This document shows positions 1 to 14,076 of a stretch of 64,000 bases of DNA, piece by piece; the first letter of the stretch is position 1; each line of letters begins with the position of its first letter. Origin of the DNA: Callorhinchus milii (taxonomy: Eukaryota). The translations under genes and the position numbers were made by a program. The stretch covers positions 137,578,001 through 137,642,000 of the forward strand of contig NW_024704742.1 of the NCBI RefSeq assembly GCF_018977255.1. The letters are read 5' to 3'. The notes below the pieces were generated by a model. The model did not search any database, had not been told where the DNA came from, and was given only the letters and a program-made list of their open reading frames with translations.

Positions 1-974
1 GATCAAATTATTACTAATGATCATTTTTTTAAGGTATTATTATCCCTGGAAAGTGATCCGCCATTCGACTAACAACTGGGTTCCTAGTTACTGCTCAGTA
101 AACAGGGGCGGGTGGAGTTAGGAAACTTGTCCGACGTTTCGCCCTGCCCGGGAATCAAACACAAATCCTAGACCTGTGCTCTAACCACTAACATACAGGA
201 CTACACGTGCTTAGTGATTACCAGTAAAGTGTTATACTGTAGTTTCTATAAAAAATGCAAGGTATTGTGTTTAACTCCAATTGCTGTAACTGTGTGCTGT
301 CTTTACACACTGGGCCACTGGGGCGCACTGCAGGACAGTCATTGGTTCACAGACCAGTGGAGAATCTATCTGAATGTTTTCTAACTGAGTGGGTTCCTTG
401 ATTATTAAACCTCTGTGTCTCACTTACCTGTGGAAACGTTGCTTATTCTGGGAGCCGACCCTGATTGTAGATTCATGGCTGGGCTTGGAATTCATTCCCA
501 CGAGCGGCTGCGAAGGCCGGAACAAGAGAATTGCTCAAAAGGGAACTGGATAAATACCTGAAAGGATTGAGGATGTGAGGAGAGAGTGGGGAGGTTCGAA
601 ACACAGGGAGCGGAGGGCAGACAGAAAAGGGGAAAGGGCTCCGTGGGCTGAAAATGTCTGTTTCTATATTTCCCAGAGACCAAAAAAGTGTTTGAATCCC
701 AACTCTCAGCTTGATTGAAAACCCTCGACTGTCCAGCGCCTGGAAGGAGGTCCTCCTGGCCTGAAAATCGCTGCAATTTATTGTTGTTGTTGTACTGCAA
801 GGACTGGAGGCGTTACCCGGAGTCCAAGTTTGTAAACACACGTTTGTACATCCAGCATCTGGAATCCACCTTGACTGACTTGTTGAGAGGCCAGCAGCAA
901 CCGCTGTTTAAACTCTGCACGTTTAACTGGTGGAACCGTCGCTCAATGGGAAGGGACATGTGCTCAAGCTGAGA

Positions 975-1296
975 TAATAATAATAATCCTTGCATTTGAT
1001 ATAGCGCTTTGCACGTCTTCTCGACGTCCCAAAGCGCTTCACAGAACACACTGTAAAGTGAATTGACTGTATATTTATGGGCGAACGCGGCAGCCAATTG
1101 CGCACAGCAATGTCCCACAAACAGTCATAGAGTGAAAATGACCAATTTATTATTGTTTTTGGTTTTGGAGGGATTATTATTAGGCTCTGTGTGGAGTAAG
1201 GAAACTTGCCCAAGATTTCGCCCTCTGCCTGGAATTGAACTCAGGTCTCTCGTTTGCAAAAGCGAGTGCTCTAATCACTGAGCTACAGGACTCCAC
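975..1296 (-). mobile_element. Young tRNA-derived SINE (about 320 bp, L2-like 3' tail, (ATT)n end)
   Basis: A/B-box head GTAGCTCAGTGxTTAGAGC...GTTCAATTCC. Near-identical to 20114-20440, 29641-29963 and 46680-47010. Confidence 0.9.
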
Positions 1297-2439
1297 GAGA
1301 TACTTTATGCTGAGATATGTTGCCCACTGGGAAGCTTGTAGGGAGTTCCTACCATCTACCTAGTGTGGACTCAAACTCGCAATTGTCGGATGCTGTAAGA
1401 CCAACTGGTGACTATCTTCCTTGGGGTCTACTTGGAACTAAACTGCAGCAGGACTTGGAAGAGCAGACCATACAATGGGAGCAGGGAATTCTCTCACTCA
1501 TGTTCCAGTTCCCCTCTCGACTCTCTACCCCCTCCTCGCTCCCTCCCTTTCCTCCCCTCACCCTGACCATTTCCTCCCTGCTCGGGTCCTGACCCAACTG
1601 TCCAGCGCCTTGGGACGTCCTCCCGACGTGAAAGGCGCTCTATAAATGGAATCTTGTTGGTGTTGTCGTTGTTCACCCCATGTCTGAACCATTGGGGAGC
1701 ATATAGATATTGAAAAGGAGGGGACCAAGGACAGAGCCCTGAAGAATTCCGCATGAGTGGGGTGGAGGCTAAAGGAGAAACCGTTTGTGGAGATGAAGTG
1801 GAGGCGGTGTGAGAGGTATGATCTGAACCAGGTCAAGGACAGAGCCACAAAGGTTGAGGTGAGGAGAGGTGGTGAATGAGGATAGAGTGATCGACGGTGT
1901 CGAAGGCAGCAGAGAGGTCAAGGAGGATGAGGAGGCAGAGGGAGCCCTGGTTGCAGATGGACAGAATATCATTTGTCACTTAGACAAGGGCGGCTTCTCT
2001 GCTGTGGGCGGCACGGAAAACCGATGGAGGGGTTCATGAAGGGAATGGTGGGAGAGGAAGAAGTGAAGCAACAACTCATTCCAAGACTTTGGAGAGGAAA
2101 GGAAAGTTAGAGATGGGGTGGCAGTTTTAGAGTAGAGATGGGTCCACTATTGGAGGTGGTGTCCTTCAGATCTTCCAACTCTGTTTTGCTGCTCTCTCCT
2201 TGTGTCTTATCGTTGTGGCTGAGTGAATGCTCACTGAATACTGCTGTGTTAATACAGCGCTGCTAACTCCACTTACACAGTTGCCATTCACACAGGAAAA
2301 CAGCTGAAACAACAACAACAAGATTTGTATAGCGCCTTTCACGTCGGGAAGACACTCTTTACAGACAGAGTGTGAGTAGGAGCCGGGTGAGAGATTGGGG
2401 TTCCAATGATGAGCAGCGTAGTGACTGTTTGGATGAAAC

Positions 2440-2692
2440 ATGACAGCACGTTTGCACATAACAATGTCCCACAAACAGCCACGGAGCTACTGATGTCCCC
2501 CAGAACAGTTGGGGAGGACCTGGTTGTGGGATTAATATATCATCAGAAAGAAGGTTTCTCCCACAATGCAATCCCTCCAGCAATGCATTGGAGACTCACC
2601 TTAGACTACGTGATTCGAAGTTCCTCCATGGGGTTTGAACCCACAATCATTTGACCCAGAGGCAAGAGTGGTACCACTGAGCCTGGCTGACA
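2440..2692 (-). mobile_element. Older DeuSINE/SacSINE1-like SINE
   Basis: Head GTGTCAGCCAGGCTCAGTGGTACCACTCTTGCCTCTG...GGGTTCAAACCCC followed by a Deu-like core. Family assigned from recalled consensus. Confidence 0.6.
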
Positions 2693-3749
2693 CACAATGC
2701 AATTTGCATTTCAAGGTTAGAGAGTGAGGGCAAAACGAGCACTGGAGAATAGGACAGAAAAAGGGATGGTGAAAATAAAACTTAGCACAGACACGATGCA
2801 GAATGAACCATATGGTGCTGCAAATTGCTATGGTTCTCTTCCTATGTCACCTCTTGTAGAGTCAACAGAGGGCGCCTGAGGTCCCTCTGTTACACAACAA
2901 CAACTTGCATTTATATAGCGTCCGTCACGTGGTGGAGCACTTGACAGTGGTGGAGTCTGACCCTGAGCCAGGGGGAAAGGGAGGGGTGACAGTAAGCACG
3001 ATCAACAAGGAAGGTCTTTAGGTGGGATTTGAAAGTGGGGAGGGTGGAGGGGGCAAGTGGAGGGATTGAGTGAGGGCGTTCCAGAGCTTCGGGGCCTAGT
3101 GGCTGAAAGCACGGCCGCCGATGGTGGAGCGGAGGGGATGAGGGACAAACAGAAGGCCGGAGTTGGCTGAGCGGAGGCAGAGGCTGGTAGAGTGGGGGGA
3201 GGTGGGTAAGCAAATCAGAGAGGTAGGGAGGTTCCTGAGCATGAAGGGATTTGAAAACAAGTGATACATAGTCAGCTCCCCTTTTATACACAGTGAGGAA
3301 CACTATATAATGTCTCTTACACAGGAGAACATCTTAAAGCTCTTCACAGATTGGGAGATACGGTAACTGAGTGTGGAATCCATTCACTTTCCTCTCTTGA
3401 CCGACAGACACTTTGACCCTGTCATTTCGACCAAGCGGTTCAAATGGCGGTCCGCGACATCATTTCATCCGTCCCAGGAACCATTTCCATACTCGGGCCT
3501 CCCGCTCCCTCCCCCGGCGAACCGTCCTCTCAATACAGCAGCTCAATGCGGGGGTGTAGGGGGTGGTGTCAACAATGGCTGCCCTCTGTCAGGAAGTCGC
3601 TCTCGAGCTGAGGGGAAGGCAGGCTTACCAACTGTGTCCTCCCAACTGCCAGCTCCTGCTGCTCCCACCCCGTGAACCACCCCACGCACGGCCGGCTAGG
3701 AGGGCGGCCGTTCCCTTTTACAGAAAATTCTCCCCTCTCTCCCATGGCA

Positions 3750-4590
3750 CTTGGCTGCTGGCCAGATAGTCATCACTCCTATCCTTAAAAAAACCTCCGT
3801 GCTCTCAAACTACCGTCCCATCTCCAACCTCCCGTTCCTTTCCAAGTTTTTGGACTGTGTCGTTGCTTCCCAACTTCACTGCCTCCTCTCCCGCCACTCC
3901 CTTCACGAACCCCTCCACAGCACAGAAACCGCGCAGGTCAAAGTGACAAATGATGAGAGCTAACTTTCTGCAGTTAAACTTCAACAAGACTGAGGCTCCC
4001 CTGATTGACTCCCATCAGCGCCTACACACCGCAGGCCCTGACAGCATCACTATCCATGGATGCACACTCCACCTCACTGAGCCAGTCTGGAACCTTGACA
4101 TCTTGTTTGACCCTCAACTATCCTTTCTACCCCACATCCGTGCCATGACGCACTCTGCCTTTCCCTACCTCTGCAACATCGGCCGGCTCCGTCACTGCCA
4201 CCAAAACCCTCAACACGTGCATTCATAATATCCAGGTTTAACAATGCAAACTCCCTGACTTGTTGGCCTCCGCAATTCCTCCATCCATAGGTTGCAGATT
4301 ATGCAGAACTCTCCAGCCCATATCCTCCCCGGCACCAGGCTCTGTGACCCTATCACCCCCATCCTCGCTCAACTTCACTGGCTTCCCATCACACAGAAGA
4401 TACAGCTCAAGATCCTGGTATTAGCCTTGAAAGCCCTCCATGGCCTTACTCCCCCCTACCTCCTCAACCTCCTAACGCCCTACCAACCTGCCCACTCCCT
4501 CCGCTCAGTGGGATCTGGCCTGCTTGATGTCCGCTGCCTCAGTCCCCCTACTTTGCCTCCTTCAAGACCCGTCTTGATTCGATAACAACG
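3750..4590 (+). mobile_element. L2 LINE fragment with internal deletions
   Basis: [34 protein letters not shown]. Confidence 0.8.
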
Positions 4591-5559
4591 TTTAAGAGAG
4601 AAGTAGATAAATGTTTGGCGAGGACAAGTTTGCTGGGCTATGGGGAGAGAGCGGGGGAGTGGGATTGAATAGGATAGCTCTTTTCAAAAGCCAACACAGC
4701 CACAATGGACTGAATGAACTCATGTTGTGCTGTACAATTCAATGATTCTATAATTCTATGAATAGTAGTGTATTGGTTGAAGTACTTGCCTCGCAAACGA
4801 AAGGATCCGGGTTTGATTCCCGGGCAGGGCAAAATCTTAGGGAAGTTTCCTTACTCCAATACCTCTGTTTATTTAGTTTATTTACTAAGTGACTGGTGGA
4901 GTACTTTCCATGGGTAATAATCCCTTCAAAAAAACAAAAGTGAAAAATAATAATAATTGCATTAGCAAACAGCACTTTGGAGTAGTCGTGGAGTAAGTGA
5001 CCAAATATTTTTTGACAGATTATTAACTCCACAAAGCAATGTGCCAATGGACTAACAACCAGGTTCCTACTAACTACTAGGTAAACAGAGGTGTGTAGAG
5101 TAAGGAAACTTGCTGAATCAAGGAATCATAGATCATAGAATCATAGAATCATACAGCACAAAATGAGGCCATTTGGCCCATCAAGTCCATTACGGCTCTT
5201 TGAGAAGACCAATGTAATGTCAGTCCCACTCCCGGCCCTTTCCCCATAACCTGCAAACCCGTCCTCCTCAAATACCCGTCCACCGCATTTTTAAAAGTAG
5301 TTATCGAATCGGCCTCGACCGCCCTTTCAGGCAATGCGTTCCAGATTCGAACAACTCACTGCGTGAAGCAATTTCTTCTCACCTCCCCTCGGCTTCTTTT
5401 AGAGACTATTTATTTATTTAAATAAGAACATAAGAATTTGCTGACGAAACAAGACTAAGGTTTACCAAGTTTGCTTTCACCATCCTGGGAGTCGCTTGAT
5501 ATGTTGTGTCCCAAACTATATACTGTATCCTTAGATATTATTTTCAAGCACAAATCTAT

Positions 5560-6850
5560 CTCATTTGTACTTGAAACAAACAACAGTTTCTGCTTCCACT
5601 GTCTCACTTGGGAGCCTGTTCCATAAGTTTACTACTCTCTCACTGAAATACTCTTTCCGCAGATTTGTTCTGAATTTCCCCTCTTCAGTCGTAGGCAGTG
5701 TCCTCTGTTCTACTGTTCAGTACAAGATAAAACACCTTATCATGGTCTACATTATCTATTCCCTTCAGAATCTTATTAGATCATCATCATATTGCCCCTC
5801 AACCTTCTCTTCTCCACTTTATCTAATTGTTCCTCGTAGTCCAGTTCCTCCATCCCCTCTATTATTTTGGTTGCCCTCCTCTATATCCTCTCAATTGCTG
5901 CAATATCCTTTTTACATTGCGATAATCAGAACTGCACACAGTATTCCAACTGCGGTCGCAACAGTGATTTATTTATAAAGTGGTTGGATTGCCCCACTAT
6001 TTTGGCTCAACATCGCCTTTTGAAGACAGCCTAGCATCTGGTTTGCCTTACTCATTGTTACCGAGCACTTCTGCAATAGATTCAACTTATTATCAATCAG
6101 GATCCCTAGGTCCTTGTTATTTTCTGTACAGCAATTTTTTTTCCCATTTAAATAATAGTCCCTTGCTGGATTCATCTTTGCAGCCTACTGCCTTCATTAG
6201 CTTGGTGTTATCTGCAAATTTAGCCACTGCGCTTGTGACTCCGAGGTCCAGGTCATTTATGAACCTGTTAAATAAAAGAGGTCCCAAAACAGACTCCTGT
6301 GGAACTCCACTGGTAACATTCTCGCAGCCTGATGGCATTCCCTGTACCACCACCTTCTGGGTTTTACCGGTCAGCCAATTATGTGACCATTGCAAGATAC
6401 TTCCTGTGATTCCTGCTTTCCTTATTTTCAGTATTAGCCTTTCATGAGGAACTGCATCAAAGGCCTTACTGAAATACAGATATATAATATCCATTGCCTT
6501 AACCTTATCAAGCTTCTTTGTCACACTGTCCAAAAAAAAAACAGGACATGGGTTTGGCAGGATCTCCCCTCCATAAACCCATATTGGCCATCTTTTGTAA
6601 TTTTATCCAGATGCTCCATAATTTTATTTTTAATAAGAGTCTCCATAAGTTTACCGAAAATGGCCATCAAACTTACTGGTCTGTAGTTTCCTGGGTCACT
6701 TTTGTTAGTTTTTTTAGTTTTTTTNAGATTTTCTCCCCCGACTCCTCTCCAGTAGTCAGTGATATCTGATTTGTGCCAGTGTTTCTGCAATTTCCTCACT
6801 TGGTTCCTTAAGGATCCTCGGATGTAATTCATCCGGCCCTTGGCATTTCT
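5560..6850 (-). mobile_element. CR1-clade LINE fragment (RT, degenerate)
   Basis: [46 protein letters not shown]. Confidence 0.85.
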
Positions 6851-7799
6851 TTACCTTAAATTTGCGCAGTTGTTTGGCAACCATTCTGGTTCTGAAGGTT
6901 CAACTTTAAGATACTCAAACTCAAGTTCAAATCCCCTCGGCATATCCCTACCTCTCTGAGCTCCTCACTGCGCAATCCACCAACCAGCACCTCCCGCTCG
7001 ACTGGCACCTGCCTTCTGCTTGTCCCTCGTACCCTCCATCCTGGTGGTTGCTTAATTTCAGATTTCTTGTCTATTCTTGGCTATCTTCCACCTCCGTCCC
7101 ACCATCGGGTGTGGCCATTTTCAGCCACGAGCACCTCGAAATTCTGTAACACTCTCCCTCAATCCCTCTGCCTTGCCCCTCTCTCCCCCGTTTCAAGTTC
7201 CACCTGAAAACTTTCCTCTTCGACTGTGCTTATGGCCACCTCCTGCTACCCCTCTCCCCACCCCCCCAACGCCCAGCCACCCACCGCTCGGAGAAAGGGT
7301 GCTATATAAATGCAAGTTGTTGTTGTAGTGATATGTATAAGTGTCATAGCTTGCCTCTGCAACACCACTGAGTTCTCTTTCCAGATCGAATAAATTGCCC
7401 ATCTCCTCTTTACTAAAAACTGATGGAAAACAATTATTTATTACTTATGCAGCTTCTGTAGTTTCATTTGTCATAGCCTCACCTGTTCCCACTTCAATGG
7501 CCCTATTCCATTCTTTGCTTTTTATTTCTCTTAAAGTAACTGAAACACATTTTATTGTTATCGTTCAATTGTACTGGGACAACTCCTGTTCCACATATAT
7601 GTTAATGACCTGGATTCGTAAACCTAATGTAAGATAGTTCCAGGTCGCTAACCCACATGAAGGGCACTATATAGCTATACCACAATCAACATGAATTGAT
7701 GAACGTTAACAAGCCTATTCTTCATCAAAGCCACTGTATTGGTCTGATCAGCCCATTGCAGTGAATTTACTAACCTTTCATAGGCATTATCCACAGACA

Positions 7800-8440
7800 T
7801 AGGGTCAATTTCCACATGTACACAGATGACACCCAATTCTATCTCTCTGCCTCCACCCACAACTACTGCCCTGACAGACTGCCTGTCACACATCAAGTCT
7901 TGGATGAGAGGCCAACTTTCTACAGTTGAATGTCAGCAAGACCGAGGTTTTGCTGATTGGCTCGCTCCAGAGCCTCCACATCAGTATCAGCATCCACGGA
8001 TGCACAGTGCCCCTCACCAAGCCAGTCAGGAACCTAGGCATCTTGTTTGACCCTCAACTGTTCTTTCACCCCCAACATCTGTGTCATGACCTGCTCTGCC
8101 TTCCCCCAGCTCCGCAACATTGCCCAACTCTGCCACTGCCTTCCCCCTCAGGCCGCCAAAACCCTCATACATGCTTTCATTACATCCAGACTCGACTACA
8201 GAAACTCCCTCATTGTTGGCCTCCCCAACTCTTCCCTCTACAAGCTGCAGATCATCCAGAACTCTGCACCTCCCTTTACCTCCTTCAAGGCACTCCTCAA
8301 GACCCTCCTCTTTGGCCACCCTCCTATCCTCTCTGCCCTCCACCCTCCCTGATCCCAACCTTCCCCCACTCGGGTCTTAATCCTTGACTGTTCAGTGCCT
8401 TGGGACATCCTCCCGATGTAAAAGGAGCTTTACAAATGTA
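7800..8440 (+). mobile_element. L2 LINE 3' fragment
   Basis: DCLSHIKSWM, LNVSKTEVLLIG, LIHAFITSRLDYRNSL, followed by the L2 3' tail. Confidence 0.8.
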
Positions 8441-9119
8441 ATTTTGTATTGCATCAAATTGATTTGATGAAATGTATAACTTTGGTATGTTTAACCTTGT
8501 TAATCTTTTATTAAACTTTACTACTTAAAAGGAAATTTATGTCAGGTCATACTTCACTGTGCGTTACTAATTTATTAAATCCTTACAATGCAGATACATT
8601 CAAGGTAGTACATATTAGATGCAAGAATAGGAAACACAAGTAGTCTTAGTGAGATAGAACTTGCTAAGGTGTAAGCTGAAATAGAAATATGGGTGTTGGT
8701 TGACTCTTCGCTGTCGAAACAGGGACAAGGTAAAAAGGATGCATTGCTTAATCAGTTGAGTTTGGATCCCCAGATGTCATATTCAGGCTGTGCAATGCTC
8801 TGGTCAAACCATACCTGGAAACTACTGCAAACAGTTCTTGTCACCGTGCCATAAAGAACAGTCCAGGGCATAGAGACACTGCCGAGCAGAGCAACAAGGA
8901 TGATCCCCAATTTTACAGAAATGGGCTATGAGCAACAATTAGACATGTCAGGGTTTTTCCATCTTGAGAAAAGGGAGGTATAGAGGTGTATACAATTTTA
9001 AAAGGCATTAAAAAAGTTCATCTAGATTAATACTTTAAGATTCAACAAAACATTAGAAGAAGACGTTTAAAGTTGCAAAGGACCTATACAACTCTAAACT
9101 TCTTGTTCTAAAAAGAACA

Positions 9120-9735
9120 TAAGAACATAGGAATTAGGAGCAGGAGTAGGCCATTCGGGCCCTCGAGCCTGTGCCCCGCCATTCAATAAGATCATGGCTG
9201 ATCTTCAGACCTAACTCTAATTACCTGCCTTATCCCCATATCCCCTAATCTCTCTGTGTTTTAAAAATCTATCAGTCTCAGCCTTGAAGATGTTCAAGGA
9301 TTGACATCTACAGCCTTCTGGGGGAGTGAATTCCATAAATTCACTACCCTCTGAGTGAAGAAATGTTTCCTCAACTCTGTTCTAAAAGGCTGACCCTTAA
9401 TTCTCTTACCAGGGGAAATAGACCCTCAGTGTCTACTTTATCAGCCCTTTAAGAATCTTATAAGTTCAGTAAGATTCCCCCCTAATTCTTCTGTATTCTC
9501 TAGAATACAGCCCCAGTTTATTCAGCCTCTCCTCATAGGTCAGTCCCCTCATCCCAGGCATTAACCGAGTGAATCTACACTGCACCCCCTCGAGGGCAAG
9601 TATGTCCTTTTTTAAATAAGGAAACCGAAACTGCACACAATACTCCAGGTGCGTTCTCACCAAAGCCCTATACAGTTGCAGTAAGACTTTCCTACTCTTG
9701 TACTCTAAACCTTTTGCAATGAACGCTAACATGCC
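9120..9735 (-). mobile_element. CR1-clade LINE 3' fragment
   Basis: LEYKSRKVLLQLYRALVRTHLEYCVQF, ending in (TTCTTATG)-type tail repeats. Confidence 0.8.
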
Positions 9736-10855
9736 GTCTTGTTGAATCGTAAAGTATTAATCTTAGGACAGACACCAGGTTTTTTCTTTACTCAGAGGTA
9801 ATTATGAACTGGAACAGGTTGACAGGAAGGGTGGCTGATACCAGGACACGGTTTTAAAAAGCATTCTGATGCTATAATAGACAGAAGGTAGGGTGGGTAG
9901 TCTGAAAGGATGAGATTGGATGGACCAAATCTTGTGATCAGAGCAGGGCAATATGGCCAAGAGCTGGCCACTGATGGTGGAATGATAATGATAAGAATAA
10001 TGATCCTTGCATTTGATGTAGCACCTTATCATGTCTTTGAGATGTCTCAAAGCGCTTCACAGAATATACTTAAAGTGAATTGACTCTATATTTTGTAGGT
10101 GAAACGCAGCAGCCAATTGCACACAACAGTGTCCCACAAACATTCCTGGATTGAAGTGACCAATTTATTTATTTTTTGGGGAAGGAATTATTACCTCTGG
10201 TCCAACCTTGCAAGAATGATGTTAAACCTGTTTCTTCCCTCCCGCACTCACCACCAGTACCACCATTCAACAATGCATAACCTAGACAAACATTAGCCCC
10301 ATATATGAATCAGAAATCCTGTAGAGTAGTGGTTAGCTCACTCACCTCACAAGCGAGAGGACCCGGTTTTGAATCCGGGCGGAGTGATGCCTAAGGTAAG
10401 TTTCCTTACTTCACACACCTGTTTACTTAGCAGTAAGTAGGATTCTGATTGTTAGTCGATTACCGAATAAGCTTTCTGGGGGTAATAATCACTCCCCCAA
10501 AAATTTGGGTGTTAAATGCACGACTGTTTGTGGGACATTGCTGTGAGCTGTGTTTCACCCACAAAATAACGTAATCCCACTTTACAATATATTCTGTGAA
10601 GTGCTTTGAAACATCTCCATGAGGTGAAAAGGTGATATATCAAATGCAAGGATTATTATTATTATTTATTTAATATGGGATGGATTTAATATGGAGCGGG
10701 GGCAGGGTTAGTGTTGGGAGAAACATGACAGAGCATCAGAACAAAGCGGATGTGGGGGGTGGAGAACGAGAGGAGGAAGGAAAGAGAAGGGTGACCAGCT
10801 GTGCCAGTGCGAGGCAGACGTGTGCGGGGAAGGAGTGTGTCCTGAGTGAGGGACG

Positions 10856-10907
10856 ATGATGCTGGGAGCTGTGCTCTGTACACTGGTCCTGTCAACCTCT
10901 GCCTCCC
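10856..10907 (+). pseudogene. Gene A leader exon (signal peptide MMLGAVLCTLVLSTSAS), phase-1 donor
   Basis: ATG at 10856, 17 hydrophobic codons plus 1 nt, then GTACGT donor at 10908. Paralogous to 49217-49267 including flanks. Confidence 0.8.
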
Positions 10908-11718
10908 GTACGTACTTTCCAATCAGAAACCTGACTGGCTTTAATTACTGCTTTACCTTTTACTGCAATAATTACAGAGTTGTGTGTCAACTCGCAGAAA
11001 TAAGATACTACATCGTGTCTGAGCCAGTCCTTGGTCCTCCACTGGAGCCCTCTACTTTAACCCCATTCCCTGCTCTCTCCCTATCATATCTGTACACAGT
11101 CATTGACAGTTGGATCTCTTTTTTCCTCCTCCCCTTAACCCAACCTGCCAAAGGTCTACCAGGCAGTGTGGTCCTAGCTCAACACGACCTGGGAAAGCTT
11201 GCCTGACAATACTGTCAGTGGAAAGCTATTCGGTTATAACTAGTTAAACTCTAACATTTATCCCAACTCACATTCTGGCGTCCCTAATCTTTGGCTCTTG
11301 CCAACTTGTGCCTGATACTGTGTGTGATTTGGCGAACAGGGTACGCCCCTCTGTGGAGAGAGCGCTCAGCCCATTCCAGTCAAACAGAAATTTCCATGTA
11401 CAGGTGAAATTTTCAGCTGTTTGCTTTGAAGAATCTTGAGCACCGTGATGAGTTTCTTCTTGTATGAAACAACCAGCTGTCCACAAACAACGTGTCTGTG
11501 CTGGTCCTAGCTCTCACTGGAGCTCTCAATTCTAATCCAGTTTCTGGTGGATATTTTTCTCTACACGAACAGCCCAGTCTAACACCTCTCCACCCTCCCC
11601 CGACACCCTTTAATAGTCCTCTTCAAAGATCTGTCCAATTCCCTTTTATAGAATTGACAGACTTTGCCTTAATTCCGGTTTGTGCAGGGAATCCAACAAT
11701 CCCAACCCCTCTGTGCAG

Positions 11719-11997
11719 GGAACATCACCATCATGTGGAAGGAAGGCTGGACTAGTGCTGTGTATATTAAATATACAAATTATAGGCCGGATTCACAGGG
11801 AAAGTATCAAAATGTCATTGATGTAAATGAGGGAGAGCGATATCGAGTGATTGGGGATCCGAGGAGGAACGACGCCACAATAGAGATAAACCAACTGAGG
11901 GGAGAGGACAATAATAAGCTGTTGTCCTGTCGTGTGGAGCTCCAGGGTGAGGACGGAAAGTTTGAAACTGGCCCCAAAACACGTCTGATTGTTACAG
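11719..11997 (+). pseudogene. Gene A V1 exon, Siglec-15-like V-set, 5'-truncated (lacks A/B strands and first Cys)
   Basis: NITIMWKEGW...RYRVIGDPRRNDATIEI...LSCRVE...TRLIVT|G with GTGAG donor at 11998. Colinear with the 3' 279 nt of 57346-57735. Confidence 0.85.
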
Positions 11998-12627
11998 GTG
12001 AGGAATGATGGGAAGTGGGAATGAGACGTGACGTTCCTCACTGGGGCCGGAGTCAGTGGGAAGTGTCCCGTCCCAGGACGGGCAATAGAGAGGCAGTGTT
12101 CCCTGTGATGGACGGTGTGTAGCAGGGAGCTGACAGGTGACAGTGAGAGTCAATAAACAGTTACAACAACAAAACCTTCTCTTGTTTCCTCAACCCATCT
12201 TGACCACCAGAAGCTGGCTCTCTATTGGCTGGCGGTGGGAGGGTCGGTCAGTGATTGACAGAACGGATAAGCAATCGATTGGTAGAATTGATGAGATCAG
12301 CCCAATCAGAGCAGAGAGGAGGCACTGCTTCAGAGTGATTGGATGAGCAAAAACTGAGGGCCCTATTGTGGGCGGTGCCTGTGAGACATTGCATAGAGTT
12401 ACATAGAATATACAGTACAGAAACAGACCATTTGGCCCAACTGGTCTATGCTGGTGTTTATGCTCCATGTGAGCAGGACACAGGCTCAGAGAGGCTGAGT
12501 GAGGAGCACAGGCCTGAGGGAGATGGTGCCATGAAGACCAGGTAACATATCCAGGATTTCACAGTGTGTAACATGTACTCTGTCACACTGACTGCTCTGC
12601 ACTATTCCAATCCTGTTCCTGTCTCAG

Positions 12628-13020
12628 GTCATGAAGAGAAGCTCCGGTCAGTGACTGGTACCAAGGGAGGTGATGCCACACTGCCCTGCTCCTTCACCAT
12701 CCCCAACACATACCAGAATCGTGCCACAGTCACAGTGCTTTGGAGGAGAGGGAGGCCACATGGGCAGCTGGTGTTTAATTACACTCTTGGCCTCACCGCC
12801 CACACCAACTCCGGGGAGTCAGAGACAGTGAATGAAGGAAATCGCTACAAGCTGGTCAGGAATGTGGGAGATGGAGACGCTTCCCTGAAGATCAGGGGCC
12901 TGGAGTTAAACGACACCGGACGGTATTTCTGTCACGTACACGTCATGTTTATAAAGGAAAGATACCTGAGGTACCAGCAGGACCAGGTGACACAGGATAT
13001 GTTACGGCTGCAGGTTGCTG
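12628..13020 (+). pseudogene. Gene A V2 exon, V-set Ig domain (open frame, 131 codons)
   Basis: Acceptor cctgtctcAG and donor GTAAGA, phase 1-1. LPCSF...VLWRRG...DASLKI...DTGRYFCHVH gives canonical B-Cys, C-Trp and D-x-G-x-Y-x-C. Confidence 0.9.
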
Positions 13021-14076
13021 GTAAGAAATCTCTGTGGGACATGGAAATCTTCACCATCGCAACGTTAAGGACAAAGTTTGTCTCATTCCTTACCCTGTTC
13101 CTCATTTGTTAAAATTAGCACAAGAAAGCTCATTTTGAAATAGCAGAAACTTTAGTTTGTTACTGGGGGAAGGGTTTCTTACCACTTGTCTCATGTTAAG
13201 CCTGTAAGCCAAACCCATAATAAATAATACGATCCTAACCACAAAAGCAGAAGGAAACTTGCCAGACAAGCTGTGAGGTGTTTAATGACAAGCTGTGAGG
13301 TGTTTAATGACAAGCTGTGAGGTGTTTACAAGATCACAAGGTTAGTTGGGATGAAGAAGGTCCATCTGATCTCATCCCTCCAGAACACCCAACTATCCTC
13401 CCCCAATCAAAGCATCAAACTGCTTTGCAAAGGAGCCCAAGTATCCTGACCTACCACCGTTTCTGGCTACCTGTGCCCTGTGTGTGAAGAAAAACTTCCT
13501 GATGTCACCTACAAGGCCATTCACGGCCTCGCTCCCTCCTACCTCTCTGACCTACTATCCCCCTACCTTCCTGCCCGTACCCTCCGTTCCTCCGGGTCCG
13601 GTCTGCTCCACATCCCCCGCCCCAACCGCCCTACCATCGGTGGCCTTCAGCCTCTCAGCCCCGAGGCTCTGGAACTCTATCCCCCAGTGCCTTCTCCGCC
13701 TCCTCCCTTTCCTCCTTCAAGGCCGGTCTCAAGACCTTTCTCTTTGACCGAGCCTTCAGCTCCCCTCTCGACTCTCTACCCCCTCCTCGCTAACTCCCTT
13801 CCCTCCCCTCACCCCCTTCCCCCCCTCCTCGCTCCCTCCCTTCCCTTCCCTCCCCTCACCCTGACCATTTCCCCCCTGCCCGGGTCCTGACCCAATTGTA
13901 CAGCGCCTTGGGACGTCCTCCCGACGTGAAAGGCGCTCTATAAATGGAATCTTGTTGTTGTTGTGTTGTTGTTGATGGGTTAGAGTAGAGAGCTCCAGTG
14001 GGGAGTGAGCACCAGCACAGACACTATGGGGAAAGTTGTTTGGTTAGAATAACTCTGTGTTTCTTTATACCTGAAG

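Noticed and set aside
428-476. 49-nt minus-strand ATG-to-GTAAGT segment (MNLQSGSAPRISNVST)
   Set aside because: Strong donor and leader-like length, but not hydrophobic and abutting a CR1 fragment. It cannot be assigned without sequence left of the window.
12561-12600. CACAGTG heptamer near the V2 exons (also ~59054), suggesting rearranging V segments
   Set aside because: No nonamer at 12 or 23 bp. It lies upstream in the intron, and all V exons end in GT donors in phase with the next exon.
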